Assembly (NCBI GenBank): GCA_963789265.1
Contig: CAWBKB010000003.1
Location: forward strand, 448,001 to 512,000
Length of the DNA: 64,000 bases
Reading direction: 5' to 3'
Source: an uncultured delta proteobacterium
GTDB taxonomy: Bacteria; Desulfobacterota; Desulfomonilia; Desulfomonilales; Desulfomonilaceae
Positions 62,651-64,000 of the stretch are shown in pieces. The translations under genes were made by a program, and so were the position numbers. Each line of letters begins with the position of its first letter. Within the stretch, counting starts at the first letter, position 1. The notes beneath the pieces were generated by a model. It saw nothing but the letters and a program-made list of their open reading frames with translations. It made no database searches and was not told the DNA's origin.

Positions 62651-63676
62651 ATGCTGCAAACGATATGGTTTTTGTTATGGGGCCTCCTCTGGGGCATATA
62701 CTTTATGCTGGACGGCTATGATTTTGGTTTGGGAATTTTAAGGCCGTTCATAGCCGCTAACGACAAAGAGAGCCGAATCGTATACAACGCGATGGGTCCG
62801 TTCTGGGACGGCAACGAGATATGGCTGATAATTGCCGGAGGAGTCACATTCGCGGCTTTCCCCACGACCTATGCGGTCATGTTCAGCACACTGTATGCGC
62901 CTCTCCTCCTCATTCTGTTCGGCCTGATCGTTCGGGCGGTCTCATTCGAGTTCAGGGGCAAAATCGACAACCCCGAGTGGCGAAAGCTCTGGGATACATG
63001 CCTGTTCGTCGGAAGCTTTCTGCCTGCTGTTCTTTTCGGCGTAGCCTTTGCAAACATATTTCATGGCATACCATTTGATGACAAAGGGGTATTTCATGGT
63101 ACCATTATTACTCTTTTGAATCCTTACGGTATTTTAGGTGGCATCTTATTTGTCACACTTTTCCTGATGCATGGTACTTTGTGGCTCGCTGTAAAGGCCG
63201 AAGGACCCCTGTATGACAAGGCGGAGGCGCTTGCGCCAAAGCTTTGGGCAGTGCTGCTCATCGTGGCGGTTGTCTTCCTGGTATATACATGGTTTGCAAC
63301 ACCTCTATACAAGAATTATCTGAGTCGGCCGATCCTGCTCGTCGTGCCGTCGGTCGCGATTGCAGCACTATTGCTCACCAGGTTATTCATGGCCAAAAGG
63401 GCGTGGTGGTATGCCTGGTTCGCATCCTGCCTCACGATACTAGGAGACACTTTGTTCGGAATTGTGGGGCTCTATCCGAATCTTTACCCGTCCAGTTTGA
63501 ATCCGACTTTCAGTCTTACGGCTTTCAATTCGTCATCCAGCCCTCTAACGCTGAAAATCATGCTGGTGGTCGCGCTTATATTTGTGCCGATAATCATCCT
63601 TTATCAGGGATGGAGTTACTACCTCTTCAAGGATAAGGTTTCTGAGGAGCACCTTGCATCAGATGAAGCTTACTAA
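62651..63676 (+). CDS. cydB: Cytochrome bd quinol oxidase subunit II
   Basis: LDGYDFG, GPFWDGNEIW, RAVSFEFR. Confidence 0.97.
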   Translation: MLQTIWFLLWGLLWGIYFMLDGYDFGLGILRPFIAANDKESRIVYNAMGPFWDGNEIWLIIAGGVTFAAFPTTYAVMFSTLYAPLLLILFGLIVRAVSFEFRGKIDNPEWRKLWDTCLFVGSFLPAVLFGVAFANIFHGIPFDDKGVFHGTIITLLNPYGILGGILFVTLFLMHGTLWLAVKAEGPLYDKAEALAPKLWAVLLIVAVVFLVYTWFATPLYKNYLSRPILLVVPSVAIAALLLTRLFMAKRAWWYAWFASCLTILGDTLFGIVGLYPNLYPSSLNPTFSLTAFNSSSSPLTLKIMLVVALIFVPIIILYQGWSYYLFKDKVSEEHLASDEAY

Positions 63677-63771
63677 ACACGACGGATCAGCGGCCGGTGC
63701 CCGGACGCCAGCTAACATCGTGCCCGGGAATCAGTTGTGGACACCTCTATCCTAACGAAAGGACACCTGTT

Positions 63772-64000
63772 ATGAGAGAACGTGCCGGTCTGGTTACGAT
63801 GAGGGGAAATCCTGTAACCTTGCAAGGAGAAGAGATCAAAGTAGGGAACCCGGCCCCGGATTTTGTTGTTCTTGCAAATGATCTCAAGCCTGTGCAATTT
63901 TCTTCTTTTCAGGGCAAAATTTGTGTAATTTCATCTGTCCCGTCACTCGATACGCCGGTTTGTCATGCCTCCACCGTGAGGTTCAACCAGGAAGCGAGTC
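63772..64000 (+). CDS. tpx: Thiol peroxidase Tpx, N-terminal part (runs off window)
   Basis: Manual translation MRERAGLVTMRGNPVTL...KVGNPAPDF...SVPSLDTPVC...RFNQEA. Confidence 0.93.
   Translation, partial: MRERAGLVTMRGNPVTLQGEEIKVGNPAPDFVVLANDLKPVQFSSFQGKICVISSVPSLDTPVCHASTVRFNQEAS

Noticed and set aside
1..64000. CRISPR array, rRNA, integrase or prophage genes
   Set aside because: No regularly spaced direct repeats, rRNA-like sequence, recombinase motifs or phage structural genes were seen.

Overview
64 kb of bacterial chromosome, most likely from an anaerobic Desulfobacterota member (Desulfomonile-like, inferred from gene content). From left to right: (1) tRNA-Pro, a nested-palindrome repeat, HEPN/MNT toxin-antitoxin genes, then housekeeping genes (rdgB, a penicillin-acylase homologue with a degenerate active site, meaB, phoH-7TM/HD-ybeY, mazG, trpF, a GH57 hydrolase). 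(2) A translationally coupled six-gene defence operon, hsdM-hsdS-darT-darG-hsdR-M48 peptidase (19.3-29.0 kb), preceded by a hairpin-rich leader. (3) era and tRNA-Ser, then a ~13 kb accessory region with a single-ORF IS66, inverse-autotransporter-like and porin-like genes, a high-GC four-enzyme cluster (OYE, SDR, acetoacetate-decarboxylase family, 3-hydroxyacyl-CoA dehydrogenase) and an IS1380 remnant. (4) tmk, an alcohol dehydrogenase, a secreted four-repeat protein, mtnP, ade and a diguanylate cyclase. (5) A >11 kb oxidative/nitrosative stress cluster (PerR/Fur-like regulator, rubrerythrin, desulfoferrodoxin, TlpA, peroxiredoxin, octaheme HAO-like cytochrome, rubredoxins, flavoproteins, FprA, cydAB, tpx). 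About eleven genes carry a single frameshift, most likely long-read consensus errors. No CRISPR array or rRNA was seen. All family calls come from motifs recognised by eye, not from database searches.
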